A DNA stretch of 64,000 nt from Escherichia coli (GTDB lineage: Bacteria > Pseudomonadota > Gammaproteobacteria > Enterobacterales > Enterobacteriaceae). The stretch is from NCBI RefSeq assembly GCF_024223415.1, contig NZ_CP100500.1; one strand, written 5' to 3'. Position 1 is the first letter of the stretch, and every line of letters begins with the position of its first letter. The notes beneath the pieces are model-generated. The model searched no databases and was not told where the DNA came from. It saw nothing but the letters and a program-made list of their open reading frames with translations. The translations under genes were made by a program, and so were the position numbers. Below are positions 11,039-22,020 of the stretch, in pieces.

Positions 11039-12783
11039 GCCAGGGATTCCTGCACATGAAGACTGGCAGCATAAGCCTTCTGATAACGTTTTTTCGCTTC
11101 CGCACGGGCAGGCTTGCCGGAGGACGTTCGGGGAATACTGTGGGGCGGCAACAGATCGATAGCCGCGGTCACGCCAAATTCGCTTTGGATCCGTGCTGCC
11201 AGCGCGTGGATAAGCTGCCCGCGACGTTCTTCGTCGCTGATCCGACACTGGATCTGCAAAATGATTTTTTCCTGGGCGGTAACAAAAGCAATCGCATCGC
11301 CAGAATGAATTTCCGGTTCCTGTTCCGCTATATATTCAATATCCTGCGGCCAGATATTACGGCCACGAATAATAATCAGATCTTTAATGCGTCCGGTGAC
11401 ATACAGATAACCGTCCAGCAGATAACCGAGGTCGCCGGTGTCTAACCAGCCCGTCGCGGCAATCTCGTCTTGCGAAGCCTGGTCGCCAAAGTAACCGCTC
11501 ATCAGGCTAGGGCCGGAGATGCAAATATGGCCTACCACACGTTCCGCGACAGGTATACCTGCTTCATTGCGGATTTCAATGCCATGTTCCGGCAACGCTT
11601 TACCGCAGTTGACGAAAGTCGATACGGCGCGTGTCTCTGCACCCGGCGCGACGGCTTTACCCTGATATTCGAGGATGTCGCGATCCACTTCGTTAACCAC
11701 AACCCCGGAGGCTTCATCAGAGAAGCTGACAGCCAGCGCATTTTCTGCCAGTCCGTAGCACGGCATGAAAGTTTTATTGTCAAAGTTAACCTGACGGAAA
11801 CATTCAGCGAATTGATGGAGTTGTTCTGCGGAGATGGGTTCTGCACCAATACCAGCGACGCGCCAGCAGGAAAGATCCAGTTCAGCGAGATCTTTTTCAT
11901 TCACGCGGCGCTGGCACAATTCATAGCCAAACGGCGGCGCAACGGAAACGGTGCCGCGATTTTTACTGATCAATTTAAGCCATTGCAGAGGACGCATGGC
12001 AAAATCCTGAGTGCGCAAATAATCTACTGAAAGTTGCGTGGCGACGGGGGTCAGGAGAAAGCCGACCAGTCCCATATCATGGTAGAAAGGCAGCCAGGAG
12101 ACGCAGCGGTCGCCAGGGCGTAATTTAATGCCGTCGTGGCTTATAGCACGTAGATTAGCCATCACTTCGCGATGGGTGATAATGACGCCACGGGGAAAAC
12201 GGGTGCTGCCGGAGGTGTACTGGAGGTAGGCGATATCGTCCGGAACTGGGCGCTGGAGCGCAACATCAGCTTCCGGTAATGCCTTAAACCAGGCATGGCT
12301 TAATACATGCAATTCGGGGTTGTTATGCGTGGCGGCATTGACCAGCGGCAACCACTCATCACCAGTGATAATGGCAGCGGGCTGGCAACTTGCCAGTAAA
12401 CCCTGCAGTTTGGCGCTCCAGGAATCCCGCTGACCGACGCCCATTGGAATCGCCAACGGGACGGCGACTAAGCCGGCATACTGGCAGGAAAAAAAAGCCT
12501 CTACGAACCCGCTACTGGTTTCGGCAATCAGCGCCACGCGATCGCCTTTTTTCAGGTTTAGCGATAACAACCGCTTCGCACCAGCTTCGGCACGCACTTT
12601 TAACGTCTGATATTCCAGTTGATCTTCAAGTTGGCAACGTCTGTCATAAAAATTCATTCCAGCGCTACTCAGAGCGGCGTAGTCCAAAGCATCAACCAGC
12701 GTTGGAAAATCGGCATAGCGCATAGGTAGGGAATGCGTAAAGATTTTATTAGACATATACACCACGAAAAAATTGGATATCAA
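11035..12783 (-). CDS. Fatty acyl-AMP ligase / acyl-CoA (or acyl-ACP) synthetase, ANL adenylating superfamily
   Basis: 582 aa; adenylate-forming enzyme blocks (YLQYTSGSTRFPRGV, GYGLAE-like, C-terminal conserved lysine region); first gene of a 4-gene minus-strand operon. Confidence 0.65.
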   Translation of the reverse strand: MISNFFVVYMSNKIFTHSLPMRYADFPTLVDALDYAALSSAGMNFYDRRCQLEDQLEYQTLKVRAEAGAKRLLSLNLKKGDRVALIAETSSGFVEAFFSCQYAGLVAVPLAIPMGVGQRDSWSAKLQGLLASCQPAAIITGDEWLPLVNAATHNNPELHVLSHAWFKALPEADVALQRPVPDDIAYLQYTSGSTRFPRGVIITHREVMANLRAISHDGIKLRPGDRCVSWLPFYHDMGLVGFLLTPVATQLSVDYLRTQDFAMRPLQWLKLISKNRGTVSVAPPFGYELCQRRVNEKDLAELDLSCWRVAGIGAEPISAEQLHQFAECFRQVNFDNKTFMPCYGLAENALAVSFSDEASGVVVNEVDRDILEYQGKAVAPGAETRAVSTFVNCGKALPEHGIEIRNEAGIPVAERVVGHICISGPSLMSGYFGDQASQDEIAATGWLDTGDLGYLLDGYLYVTGRIKDLIIIRGRNIWPQDIEYIAEQEPEIHSGDAIAFVTAQEKIILQIQCRISDEERRGQLIHALAARIQSEFGVTAAIDLLPPHSIPRTSSGKPARAEAKKRYQKAYAASLHVQESLA

Positions 12784-13126
12784 AAATAAAATGACAATAA
12801 TGCGGTGGATTATATAGGCATAAAAGATAAATGAGATAGTATTTTCATCGGTGTGAAAATGAACATTGATTTAAATAATGAGTTTAAGTTTTTTGTTTTT
12901 ATTGTGAATGATATTTAATTTATGAATATATTAAGAAGAAGCCTTGTCCGGTCGCCTTAAATCGACAAAAGGCATTGTGGCGCTTCTGCGTAGTCGCTGA
13001 CCCTATCGTAATCATTAATAAATACTATTTATTCGTCGTTTGTATTCATTGGGTTGATTATTAAGATGCCGTTCGTTGCTGTTGCAACCTGTTTTTCACC
13101 GTTAATTATTTGTTACCCACAGAACT

Positions 13127-14269
13127 ATGGAATGCGATCTGCTGATGATCAAAATTGAAAAAGTAATTAATAAAAACGACCTTAAGGCATTTATCGCTTT
13201 TCCGTCATCACTTTATCCCGACGATCCAAACTGGATACCCCCTTTATTCATTGAACGCAGCGAGCATTTGTCTGCGAAGAATCCGGGGACGGACCATATC
13301 ATCTGGCAGGCGTGGGTGGCAAAAAAAGCGGGGCAGATAGTTGGGCGTATTACCGCGCAAATAGATACCATGCACCGTGAGCGTTACGGTGAAGATACCG
13401 GTCATTTCGGAATGATTGACGCCATTGATGATCCGCAGGTTTTTGCCGCGTTGTTTGGCGCAGCGGAAGCGTGGTTGAAGTCACAAGGTGCAAGTAAGAT
13501 CAGCGGGCCTTTCAGCCTGAATATCAATCAGGAAAGCGGATTACTGATTGAAGGTTTTGACACACCACCCTGTGCGATGATGCCACACGGCAAACCGTGG
13601 TATGCCGCGCATATTGAACAATTGGGTTATCACAAAGGCATTGATTTACTGGCGTGGTGGATGCAGCGAACCGATCTCACTTTCTCTCCGGCGCTAAAAA
13701 AACTGATGGATCAGGTGCGTAAAAAGGTGACCATTCGCTGCATCAATCGCCAGCGGTTTGCCGAAGAGATGCAGATCCTGCGTGAGATTTTCAACTCTGG
13801 CTGGCAGCACAACTGGGGATTTGTGCCGTTTACCGAACATGAATTCGCGACCATGGGCGATCAACTTAAATATCTGGTGCCGGACGATATGATCTACATC
13901 GCTGAGATTGATTCTGCACCCTGCGCGTTTATTGTCGGCTTGCCGAACATCAACGAGGCGATTGCCGATCTGAACGGATCGCTCTTTCCCTTCGGCTGGG
14001 CAAAATTGCTGTGGCGTTTGAAAGTCAGCGGTGTGCGAACTGCACGAGTACCGCTGATGGGCGTGCGGGACGAGTATCAGTTCAGCCGCATCGGCCCGGT
14101 GATTGCGCTGTTATTGATTGAAGCCTTACGCGATCCGTTTGCCCGCCGGAAGATCGATGCGCTGGAGATGTCATGGATCCTCGAAACCAATACAGGCATG
14201 AATAACATGCTGGAACGCATTGGGGCGGAGCCGTACAAGCGTTACCGATTGTATGAAAAGCAGATTTAA
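13127..14269 (+). CDS. yghO: YghO-like acyltransferase (GNAT-like fold?), intact
   Basis: 380 aa intact ORF divergent from the ligase operon across an AT-rich intergenic region; corresponds by position to yghO, recalled as a pseudogene in K-12. Confidence 0.5.
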   Translation: MECDLLMIKIEKVINKNDLKAFIAFPSSLYPDDPNWIPPLFIERSEHLSAKNPGTDHIIWQAWVAKKAGQIVGRITAQIDTMHRERYGEDTGHFGMIDAIDDPQVFAALFGAAEAWLKSQGASKISGPFSLNINQESGLLIEGFDTPPCAMMPHGKPWYAAHIEQLGYHKGIDLLAWWMQRTDLTFSPALKKLMDQVRKKVTIRCINRQRFAEEMQILREIFNSGWQHNWGFVPFTEHEFATMGDQLKYLVPDDMIYIAEIDSAPCAFIVGLPNINEAIADLNGSLFPFGWAKLLWRLKVSGVRTARVPLMGVRDEYQFSRIGPVIALLLIEALRDPFARRKIDALEMSWILETNTGMNNMLERIGAEPYKRYRLYEKQI

Positions 14270-14275
14270 TACCAG

Positions 14276-15028
14276 CTAACTCTGGTTCATCTCCAGCGGC
14301 ACCGCCGAGCGAATCAAATGGTGGCCTTCCAGCTCGATATCGTGGAGATTCTTTTTCACGGTCCGCACATGATCGCGTGCTGCGCGCTGGGCGACGTGCG
14401 GCAGCCGCTGCAACACCGCGTTGTAGATCCGCGCATGCTGGCGATCGATCTGCTTTTTTTGCTGTGGTCGATGGTAGAGATTATTTACGCTGGCAAACAC
14501 TGAATTAAACATCAGGTCGGTCAATGATTGCAGCGTAAACACCAGCACCTGATTGTGAGAAGCCTGACAAATGGCGAGATGGAAAGCGTGATCCAACTGC
14601 GCATGTTCGATCAGCGAAATCTCTTTGTTGTTCTCACTGGCGGCGAGCATTTTTTCATAACAGCGGGTTATCACAACAAAATCAGCCTGCGTTCCCAGCG
14701 TTGCCGATTCGCCCTCCAGCAATGCGCGAACGTCGAGCAGATCGTACAGCGTTCGCGGCTGCGTGCTGAACAGATGAATTAGCGGGCTGGTGTCCTGCAC
14801 CCGATTAAGCCGTGCGACACGAGAATCGCGACCCTGCGCCGTTTCAATAATCCCGCGCCCGCGCAGCACGGTCAGCCCTTCACGCAGTGCGGAGCGTGAG
14901 AAGCCGAGCTTTTCACACAGTCGACGTTCCGAGGGAAGCGGCTGACCGACCTTCAGTACGCCGTCGATAATTAACCGTTCGATACTCTCTGCAACCACTT
15001 CGCAAATAGGGCGACGTTCATCTTTCAT
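14276..15028 (-). CDS. glcC: GntR/FadR-family transcriptional regulator of the glycolate operon
   Basis: Start taken at internal Met MKDERRPI...; wHTH N-domain and FadR-like C-domain; divergent from glcD. Confidence 0.85.
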   Translation of the reverse strand: MKDERRPICEVVAESIERLIIDGVLKVGQPLPSERRLCEKLGFSRSALREGLTVLRGRGIIETAQGRDSRVARLNRVQDTSPLIHLFSTQPRTLYDLLDVRALLEGESATLGTQADFVVITRCYEKMLAASENNKEISLIEHAQLDHAFHLAICQASHNQVLVFTLQSLTDLMFNSVFASVNNLYHRPQQKKQIDRQHARIYNAVLQRLPHVAQRAARDHVRTVKKNLHDIELEGHHLIRSAVPLEMNQS

Positions 15029-15278
15029 TCCCGGACCTCGTGCACAGGTAGGACCAATTTTTCTGTTCTTAACTCGCAAAACACGCACATCACGTAAGTG
15101 ATTATGTTACATCAATTTAACATTGAGTTAACCAAGACAAGGTCACAGAGCTGGAAAAAAAATGGTCTGACCGGTAGCTAAAGAGATAGACGAAAACGAA
15201 AAGCCCGCTTAATAACTGTTCACAGAAGCAGCGCGCAAAAATCAGCTGCCACACAACACAACTAAGCGAAGCCTACTC

Positions 15279-16778
15279 ATGAGCATCTTGTACGAAGAGC
15301 GTCTTGATGGCGCTTTACCCGATGTCGACCGCACATCGGTACTGATGGCACTGCGTGAGCATGTCCCTGGACTGGAGATCCTGCATACCGATGAGGAGAT
15401 CATTCCTTACGAGTGTGACGGGTTGAGCGCGTATCGCACGCGTCCATTACTGGTTGTTCTGCCTAAGCAAATGGAACAGGTGACAGCGATTCTAGCTGTC
15501 TGCCATCGCCTGCGTGTACCGGTGGTGACCCGTGGTGCTGGCACCGGGCTTTCTGGTGGCGCGCTGCCGCTGGAAAAAGGTGTGTTGTTGGTGATGGCGC
15601 GCTTTAAAGAGATCCTCGACATTAACCCCGTTGGTCGCCGCGCGCGCGTGCAGCCAGGCGTGCGTAACCTGGCGATCTCCCAGGCCGTTGCACCGCATAA
15701 TCTCTACTACGCACCGGACCCTTCCTCACAAATCGCCTGTTCCATTGGCGGCAACGTGGCAGAAAATGCCGGCGGCGTCCACTGCCTGAAATATGGTCTG
15801 ACCGTACATAACCTGCTGAAAATTGAAGTGCAAACGCTGGATGGCGAGGCACTGACGCTGGGATCGGATGCGCTGGATTCGCCTGGTTTTGACCTGCTGG
15901 CGTTGTTCACCGGATCGGAAGGTATGCTCGGCGTGACCACCGAAGTGACGGTAAAACTGCTGCCGAAGCCGCCCGTGGCGCGGGTTCTGTTAGCAAGCTT
16001 TGACTCGGTAGAAAAAGCCGGACTTGCGGTTGGTGACATCATCGCTAATGGCATTATCCCCGGCGGGCTGGAGATGATGGATAACCTGTCGATCCGCGCG
16101 GCGGAAGATTTTATTCATGCCGGTTATCCCGTCGACGCCGAAGCGATTTTGTTATGCGAACTGGACGGCGTGGAGTCTGACGTACAGGAAGACTGCGAGC
16201 GGGTTAACGACATCTTGTTGAAAGCGGGCGCGACTGACGTCCGTCTGGCACAGGACGAAGCAGAGCGCGTACGTTTCTGGGCCGGTCGCAAAAATGCGTT
16301 CCCGGCGGTAGGACGTATCTCCCCGGATTACTACTGCATGGATGGCACCATCCCGCGTCGCGCCCTGCCTGGCGTACTGGAAGGCATTGCCCGTTTATCG
16401 CAGCAATATGATTTACGTGTTGCCAACGTCTTTCATGCCGGAGATGGCAACATGCACCCGTTAATCCTTTTCGATGCCAACGAACCCGGTGAATTTGCCC
16501 GCGCGGAAGAGTTGGGCGGGAAGATCCTCGAACTCTGCGTTGAAGTTGGCGGCAGCATCAGTGGGGAACATGGCATCGGGCGAGAAAAAATCAATCAAAT
16601 GTGCGCCCAGTTCAATAGCGATGAAATCACGACCTTCCATGCGGTCAAGGCGGCGTTTGACCCCGATGGTTTGCTGAACCCTGGGAAAAACATTCCCACG
16701 CTACACCGCTGTGCTGAATTTGGTGCCATGCATGTGCATCACGGTCATTTACCTTTTCCTGAACTGGAGCGCTTCTGA
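15279..16778 (+). CDS. glcD: Glycolate oxidase FAD-linked subunit
   Basis: 499 aa; FAD-binding PCMH-type domain (RGAGTGLSGGA); first gene of glcDEFGB. Confidence 0.9.
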   Translation: MSILYEERLDGALPDVDRTSVLMALREHVPGLEILHTDEEIIPYECDGLSAYRTRPLLVVLPKQMEQVTAILAVCHRLRVPVVTRGAGTGLSGGALPLEKGVLLVMARFKEILDINPVGRRARVQPGVRNLAISQAVAPHNLYYAPDPSSQIACSIGGNVAENAGGVHCLKYGLTVHNLLKIEVQTLDGEALTLGSDALDSPGFDLLALFTGSEGMLGVTTEVTVKLLPKPPVARVLLASFDSVEKAGLAVGDIIANGIIPGGLEMMDNLSIRAAEDFIHAGYPVDAEAILLCELDGVESDVQEDCERVNDILLKAGATDVRLAQDEAERVRFWAGRKNAFPAVGRISPDYYCMDGTIPRRALPGVLEGIARLSQQYDLRVANVFHAGDGNMHPLILFDANEPGEFARAEELGGKILELCVEVGGSISGEHGIGREKINQMCAQFNSDEITTFHAVKAAFDPDGLLNPGKNIPTLHRCAEFGAMHVHHGHLPFPELERF

Positions 16779-17830
16779 TGCTACGCGAGTGTGATTACAG
16801 TCAGGCGCTGCTGGAGCAGGTGAATCAGGCAATTAGCGATAAAACGCCGCTGGTGATTCGGGGCAGCAATAGCAAAGCCTTTTTAGGTCGCCCAGTCACC
16901 GGGCAAACGCTGGATGTGCGTTGTCATCGCGGCATTGTTAATTACGACCCGACCGAGCTGGTGATAACCGCTCGTGCCGGAACGCCGCTGGTGGCGATTG
17001 AAGCGGCGCTGGAGAGCGCAGGGCAAATGCTTCCCTGCGAGCCGCCGCATTATGGTGAAGAAGCCACCTGGGGCGGGATGGTCGCCTGCGGGCTGGCGGG
17101 GCCGCGTCGCCCGTGGAGCGGTTCGGTCCGCGATTTTGTCCTCGGCACGCGCATCATTACCGGCACTGGAAAACATCTGCGTTTTGGTGGCGAAGTGATG
17201 AAAAACGTTGCCGGATACGATCTCTCACGGTTAATGGCCGGAAGCTACGGTTGTCTTGGCGTGCTCACTGAAATCTCAATGAAAGTGTTACCGCGACCGC
17301 GCGCCTCCCTGAGCCTGCGTCGGGAAATCAGCCTGCAAGAAGCCATGAGTGAAATCGCCGAGTGGCAACTCCAGCCATTACCCATTAGTGGCTTATGTTA
17401 CTTCGACAATGCGTTGTGGATCCGCCTTGAGGGCGGCGAAGGATCGGTAAAAGCAGCGCGTGAACTGCTGGGTGGCGAAGAGGTTGCGGGTCAGTTCTGG
17501 CAGCAATTGCGTGAACAACAACTGCCGTTCTTCTCGTTACCAGGTACCTTATGGCGCATTTCATTACCCAGCGATGCGCCGATGATGGATTTACCCGGCG
17601 AGCAACTGATCGACTGGGGCGGGGCGTTACGCTGGCTGAAATCGACAGCCGATGACAATCAAATCCATCGCATCGCCCGCAACGCTGGCGGTCATGCGAC
17701 CCGCTTTAGTGCCGGAGATGGTGGCTTTGCCCCGCTATCGGCTCCTTTATTCCGCTATCACCAGCAGCTTAAACAGCAGCTCGACCCTTGCGGCGTGTTT
17801 AATCCCGGTCGCATGTACGCGGAACTTTGA
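16778..17830 (+). CDS. glcE: Glycolate oxidase FAD-binding subunit
   Basis: 350 aa; start overlaps glcD stop; FAD-binding domain homolog. Confidence 0.88.
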   Translation: MLRECDYSQALLEQVNQAISDKTPLVIRGSNSKAFLGRPVTGQTLDVRCHRGIVNYDPTELVITARAGTPLVAIEAALESAGQMLPCEPPHYGEEATWGGMVACGLAGPRRPWSGSVRDFVLGTRIITGTGKHLRFGGEVMKNVAGYDLSRLMAGSYGCLGVLTEISMKVLPRPRASLSLRREISLQEAMSEIAEWQLQPLPISGLCYFDNALWIRLEGGEGSVKAARELLGGEEVAGQFWQQLREQQLPFFSLPGTLWRISLPSDAPMMDLPGEQLIDWGGALRWLKSTADDNQIHRIARNAGGHATRFSAGDGGFAPLSAPLFRYHQQLKQQLDPCGVFNPGRMYAEL

Positions 17831-17840
17831 GGAGCAGGCT

Positions 17841-19064
17841 ATGCAAACCCAATTAACTGAAGAGATGCGGCAGAACGCGCGCGCGCTGGAAGCCGACAGC
17901 ATCCTGCGCGCCTGTGTTCACTGCGGATTTTGTACCGCAACCTGCCCAACCTATCAGCTTCTGGGCGATGAACTGGACGGGCCGCGCGGGCGCATCTATC
18001 TGATTAAACAGGTGCTGGAAGGCAACGAAGTCACGCTTAAAACACAGGAGCATCTCGATCGCTGCCTCACTTGCCGCAATTGTGAAACCACCTGTCCTTC
18101 TGGTGTGCGCTATCACAATTTGCTGGATATCGGGCGTGATATTGTCGAGCAGAAAGTGAAACGCCCACTGCCGGAGCGAATGCTGCGCGAAGGATTGCGC
18201 CAGGTAGTGCCGCGTCCGGCGGTCTTCCGTGCGCTGACGCAGGTAGGGCTGGTGCTGCGACCGTTTTTACCGGAGCAGGTCAGAGCAAAACTGCCTGCTG
18301 AAACGGTGAAAGCTAAACCGCGTCCGCCGCTGCGCCATAAGCGTCGGGTTTTAATGCTGGAAGGCTGCGCCCAGCCTACGCTTTCGCCCAACACCAACGC
18401 GGCAACTGCGCGAGTGCTGGATCGTCTGGGGATCAGCGTCATGCCAGCTAACGAAGCAGGCTGTTGTGGCGCGGTGGACTATCATCTTAATGCGCAGGAG
18501 AAAGGGCTGGCACGGGCGCGCAATAATATTGATGCCTGGTGGCCCGCGATTGAAGCAGGTGCCGAGGCAATTTTGCAAACCGCCAGCGGTTGCGGCGCGT
18601 TTGTCAAAGAGTACGGGCAGATGCTGAAAAACGATGCGTTATATGCCGATAAAGCGCGTCAGGTCAGTGAACTGGCGGTCGATTTAGTCGAGCTTCTGCG
18701 CGAGGAACCGCTGGAAAAACTGGCAATTCGCGGCGATAAAAAACTGGCCTTCCACTGCCCGTGTACCCTACAACATGCGCAAAAGCTGAACGGCGAAGTG
18801 GAAAAAGTGTTGCTTCGTCTTGGATTTACCTTAACGGACGTTCCCGACAGCCATCTGTGCTGCGGTTCAGCGGGAACATATGCGTTAACGCATCCCGATC
18901 TGGCACGCCAGCTGCGGGATAACAAAATGAATGCGCTGGAAAGCGGCAAACCGGAAATGATCGTCACCGCCAACATTGGTTGCCAGACGCATCTGGCGAG
19001 CGCCGGTCGTACCTCTGTGCGTCACTGGATTGAAATTGTAGAACAAGCCCTTGAAAAGGAATAA
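17841..19064 (+). CDS. glcF: Glycolate oxidase iron-sulfur subunit
   Basis: ATG at 17841 (MQTQLTEEM); two 4Fe-4S Cys clusters (CxxCxxCxxxCP). ORF-track start at 17652 overlaps glcE and is rejected. Confidence 0.88.
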   Translation: MQTQLTEEMRQNARALEADSILRACVHCGFCTATCPTYQLLGDELDGPRGRIYLIKQVLEGNEVTLKTQEHLDRCLTCRNCETTCPSGVRYHNLLDIGRDIVEQKVKRPLPERMLREGLRQVVPRPAVFRALTQVGLVLRPFLPEQVRAKLPAETVKAKPRPPLRHKRRVLMLEGCAQPTLSPNTNAATARVLDRLGISVMPANEAGCCGAVDYHLNAQEKGLARARNNIDAWWPAIEAGAEAILQTASGCGAFVKEYGQMLKNDALYADKARQVSELAVDLVELLREEPLEKLAIRGDKKLAFHCPCTLQHAQKLNGEVEKVLLRLGFTLTDVPDSHLCCGSAGTYALTHPDLARQLRDNKMNALESGKPEMIVTANIGCQTHLASAGRTSVRHWIEIVEQALEKE

Positions 19065-19068
19065 AAAA

Positions 19069-19473
19069 ATGAAAACTAAAGTCATTCTTAGCCAGCAAAT
19101 GGCGAGTGCAATTATTGCCGCAGGTCAGGAAGAGGCGCAGAAAAATAACTGGTCTGTTTCCATTGCTGTTGCCGATGACGGCGGTCATCTGCTGGCGTTA
19201 AGTCGCATGGACGATTGCGCGCCGATTGCGGCTTACATCTCCCAGGAGAAAGCGCGTACCGCCGCGCTGGGGCGTCGTGAAACTAAGGGCTATGAAGAGA
19301 TGGTGAACAACGGACGTACCGCGTTCGTGACTGCGCCGTTATTAACGTCGCTGGAAGGCGGCGTACCGGTTGTTGTTGATGGGCAAATTATTGGTGCCGT
19401 GGGCGTTTCTGGTTTAACCGGAGCACAGGATGCGCAGGTCGCGAAAGCGGCAGCAGCGGTGTTGGCGAAATAA
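19069..19473 (+). CDS. glcG: GlcG (heme-binding-like, DUF336 family)
   Basis: 134 aa from ATG at 19069 (MKTKVILSQ), matching recalled GlcG length. Confidence 0.8.
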   Translation: MKTKVILSQQMASAIIAAGQEEAQKNNWSVSIAVADDGGHLLALSRMDDCAPIAAYISQEKARTAALGRRETKGYEEMVNNGRTAFVTAPLLTSLEGGVPVVVDGQIIGAVGVSGLTGAQDAQVAKAAAAVLAK

Positions 19474-19494
19474 GCGAAAACGAGGAGAGAAACA

Positions 19495-21666
19495 ATGAGT
19501 CAAACCATAACCCAGGGCCGTTTACGCATTGACGCCAATTTTAAACGTTTTGTGGATGACGAAGTTTTACCGGGAACAGGGCTGGACGCTGCGGCGTTCT
19601 GGCGCAATTTTGATGAGATCGTTCACGATCTGGCACCAGAAAATCGTCAGTTGCTGGCAGAACGCGATCGCATTCAGGCGGCGCTTGATGAGTGGCATCG
19701 CAGCAATCCGGGGCCGGTAAAAGATAAAGCGGCCTATAAATCTTTCCTGCGTGAACTGGGCTACCTGGTGCCGCAACCGGAGCGCGTGACGGTGGAAACC
19801 ACGGGCATTGACAGCGAAATCACCAGTCAGGCGGGGCCACAGCTGGTGGTTCCGGCAATGAACGCCCGCTACGCGCTGAACGCGGCGAACGCTCGCTGGG
19901 GCTCACTGTACGATGCGTTATACGGCAGCGACATCATCCCGCAGGAAGGGGCGATGGTCAGCGGCTACGATCCGCAACGCGGTGAGCAGGTTATCGCCTG
20001 GGTTCGGCGTTTCCTCGATGAATCTCTACCGCTGGAAAACGGCAGCTATCAGGATGTGGTGGCGTTTAAGGTGGTCGATAAACAATTACGCATCCAGTTG
20101 AAAAATGGTAAAGAAACCACGTTACGTACCCCGGCGCAGTTTGTCGGTTACCGTGGCGATGCCGCTGCGCCGACCTGCATTTTGCTGAAAAATAACGGCC
20201 TGCATATTGAACTGCAAATTGATGCCAACGGGCGGATTGGCAAAGACGATCCGGCGCACATCAACGATGTTATCGTCGAAGCGGCCATCAGTACCATTCT
20301 CGACTGCGAAGATTCGGTCGCGGCGGTTGATGCGGAAGATAAAATCCTGCTGTACCGCAATCTGCTGGGCCTGATGCAGGGGACTCTGCAAGAGAAAATG
20401 GAGAAAAACGGTCGACAAATCGTGCGTAAACTGAATGACGATCGTCATTACACCGCCGCCGATGGCTCTGAAATTTCTCTGCACGGACGCTCGCTGCTGT
20501 TTATCCGCAACGTGGGTCATTTGATGACCATTCCTGTGATTTGGGACAGCGAAGGCAATGAAATCCCGGAAGGCATTCTTGATGGCGTCATGACTGGCGC
20601 GATTGCCCTCTATGATTTAAAAGTGCAGAAAAACTCGCGCACTGGCAGCGTCTATATTGTGAAACCGAAAATGCACGGTCCGCAGGAAGTGGCGTTCGCC
20701 AACAAACTGTTTACCCGCATTGAGACAATGCTCGGTATGGCACCGAATACCCTGAAAATGGGCATTATGGATGAAGAACGTCGGACCTCGCTGAACTTGC
20801 GTAGCTGTATCGCTCAGGCGCGCAACCGCGTGGCGTTCATCAATACCGGTTTCCTCGACCGTACCGGCGATGAAATGCATTCGGTGATGGAAGCTGGCCC
20901 GATGCTGCGTAAAAATCAGATGAAATCGACGCCTTGGATCAAAGCCTACGAGCGTAATAACGTGCTTTCCGGTCTGTTCTGTGGGCTGCGCGGTAAAGCG
21001 CAAATTGGTAAAGGCATGTGGGCAATGCCGGACCTGATGGCAGACATGTACAGCCAGAAGGGCGACCAACTGCGTGCCGGGGCAAACACAGCCTGGGTTC
21101 CGTCACCAACCGCTGCTACGCTCCATGCGCTGCACTACCACCAAACCAACGTACAGAGCGTGCAAGCCAACATTGCCCAGACCGAGTTCAATGCTGAATT
21201 TGAACCGCTGCTGGACGATCTGCTGACTATTCCGGTTGCTGAAAACGCTAACTGGTCGGCGCAAGAGATCCAACAAGAGCTGGATAACAACGTGCAGGGG
21301 ATTCTGGGGTACGTGGTGCGCTGGGTGGAGCAGGGGATTGGTTGTTCAAAAGTGCCGGATATTCACAATGTGGCGCTGATGGAAGACCGCGCAACGCTGC
21401 GTATCTCCAGCCAGCATATCGCCAACTGGTTACGTCACGGTATTCTGACCAAAGAACAGGTGCAGGCGTCGCTGGAGAATATGGCGAAAGTGGTTGATCA
21501 GCAAAACGCTGGCGATCCGGCTTATCGTCCGATGGCGGGGAATTTCGCTAACTCGTGTGCTTTTAAAGCTGCCAGCGATTTGATCTTCCTCGGCGTGAAA
21601 CAGCCAAACGGTTATACCGAACCGTTATTACACGCCTGGCGTTTACGCGAAAAAGAAAGTCATTAA
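19495..21666 (+). CDS. glcB: Malate synthase G
   Basis: 723 aa; N-terminus [31 protein letters not shown] characteristic of malate synthase G. Confidence 0.9.
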   Translation: MSQTITQGRLRIDANFKRFVDDEVLPGTGLDAAAFWRNFDEIVHDLAPENRQLLAERDRIQAALDEWHRSNPGPVKDKAAYKSFLRELGYLVPQPERVTVETTGIDSEITSQAGPQLVVPAMNARYALNAANARWGSLYDALYGSDIIPQEGAMVSGYDPQRGEQVIAWVRRFLDESLPLENGSYQDVVAFKVVDKQLRIQLKNGKETTLRTPAQFVGYRGDAAAPTCILLKNNGLHIELQIDANGRIGKDDPAHINDVIVEAAISTILDCEDSVAAVDAEDKILLYRNLLGLMQGTLQEKMEKNGRQIVRKLNDDRHYTAADGSEISLHGRSLLFIRNVGHLMTIPVIWDSEGNEIPEGILDGVMTGAIALYDLKVQKNSRTGSVYIVKPKMHGPQEVAFANKLFTRIETMLGMAPNTLKMGIMDEERRTSLNLRSCIAQARNRVAFINTGFLDRTGDEMHSVMEAGPMLRKNQMKSTPWIKAYERNNVLSGLFCGLRGKAQIGKGMWAMPDLMADMYSQKGDQLRAGANTAWVPSPTAATLHALHYHQTNVQSVQANIAQTEFNAEFEPLLDDLLTIPVAENANWSAQEIQQELDNNVQGILGYVVRWVEQGIGCSKVPDIHNVALMEDRATLRISSQHIANWLRHGILTKEQVQASLENMAKVVDQQNAGDPAYRPMAGNFANSCAFKAASDLIFLGVKQPNGYTEPLLHAWRLREKESH

Positions 21667-21677
21667 TAGCGTCAAAA

Positions 21678-21707
21678 AAGCCCCGGCAAGTTTTATTGTC
21701 GGGGCTA
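21678..21707 (+). terminator. Candidate stem-loop after glcB
   Basis: GC-rich inverted repeat agccccggcaag...ttgtcggggct just after the stop; weak U-tract. Confidence 0.4.
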
Positions 21708-22020
21708 TGATAGTAACTGCGGTAGTACATTTATCCCGGAAATAACCGGAGCGATTATCAGGGTTTAACAATATTAAATACCCGTAGCGCATTACTAGCG
21801 GGCCTAAAACAACAATATGGACATCTTAACGATACTCTGCGCCTGCGTGTGCGGAACAGAAACCCTTACCCGATATACTTGTTATGCCAGAGGTAGCAAT
21901 TGCGTTAGCGGCGTACTGTTGCTGTAAAGTATAACGCCTATATTTTACAGTTCAGTCCTCTTTTGCTTATTACAACCTTAAGTATATCAAGCATATAAAG
22001 ATAATAAGAGACTGAACAAT

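Noticed and set aside
11038-11248. N-terminal extension of the epimerase-family reductase (ORF track start at 11248)
   Set aside because: It overlaps the upstream ligase gene; the Rossmann motif begins right after the internal Met at 11038, which forms an ATGA overlap with the ligase stop.
10646-12030. Several plus-strand ORFs of 100-186 aa antisense to the ligase and reductase genes
   Set aside because: Fully embedded antisense to long minus-strand genes with clear enzyme motifs; no motifs of their own; typical GC-rich antisense frames.
17652-17840. Long upstream extension of glcF overlapping the glcE 3' end
   Set aside because: Alternative-start artefact of the ORF track; the ATG at 17841 gives the expected GlcF N-terminus.
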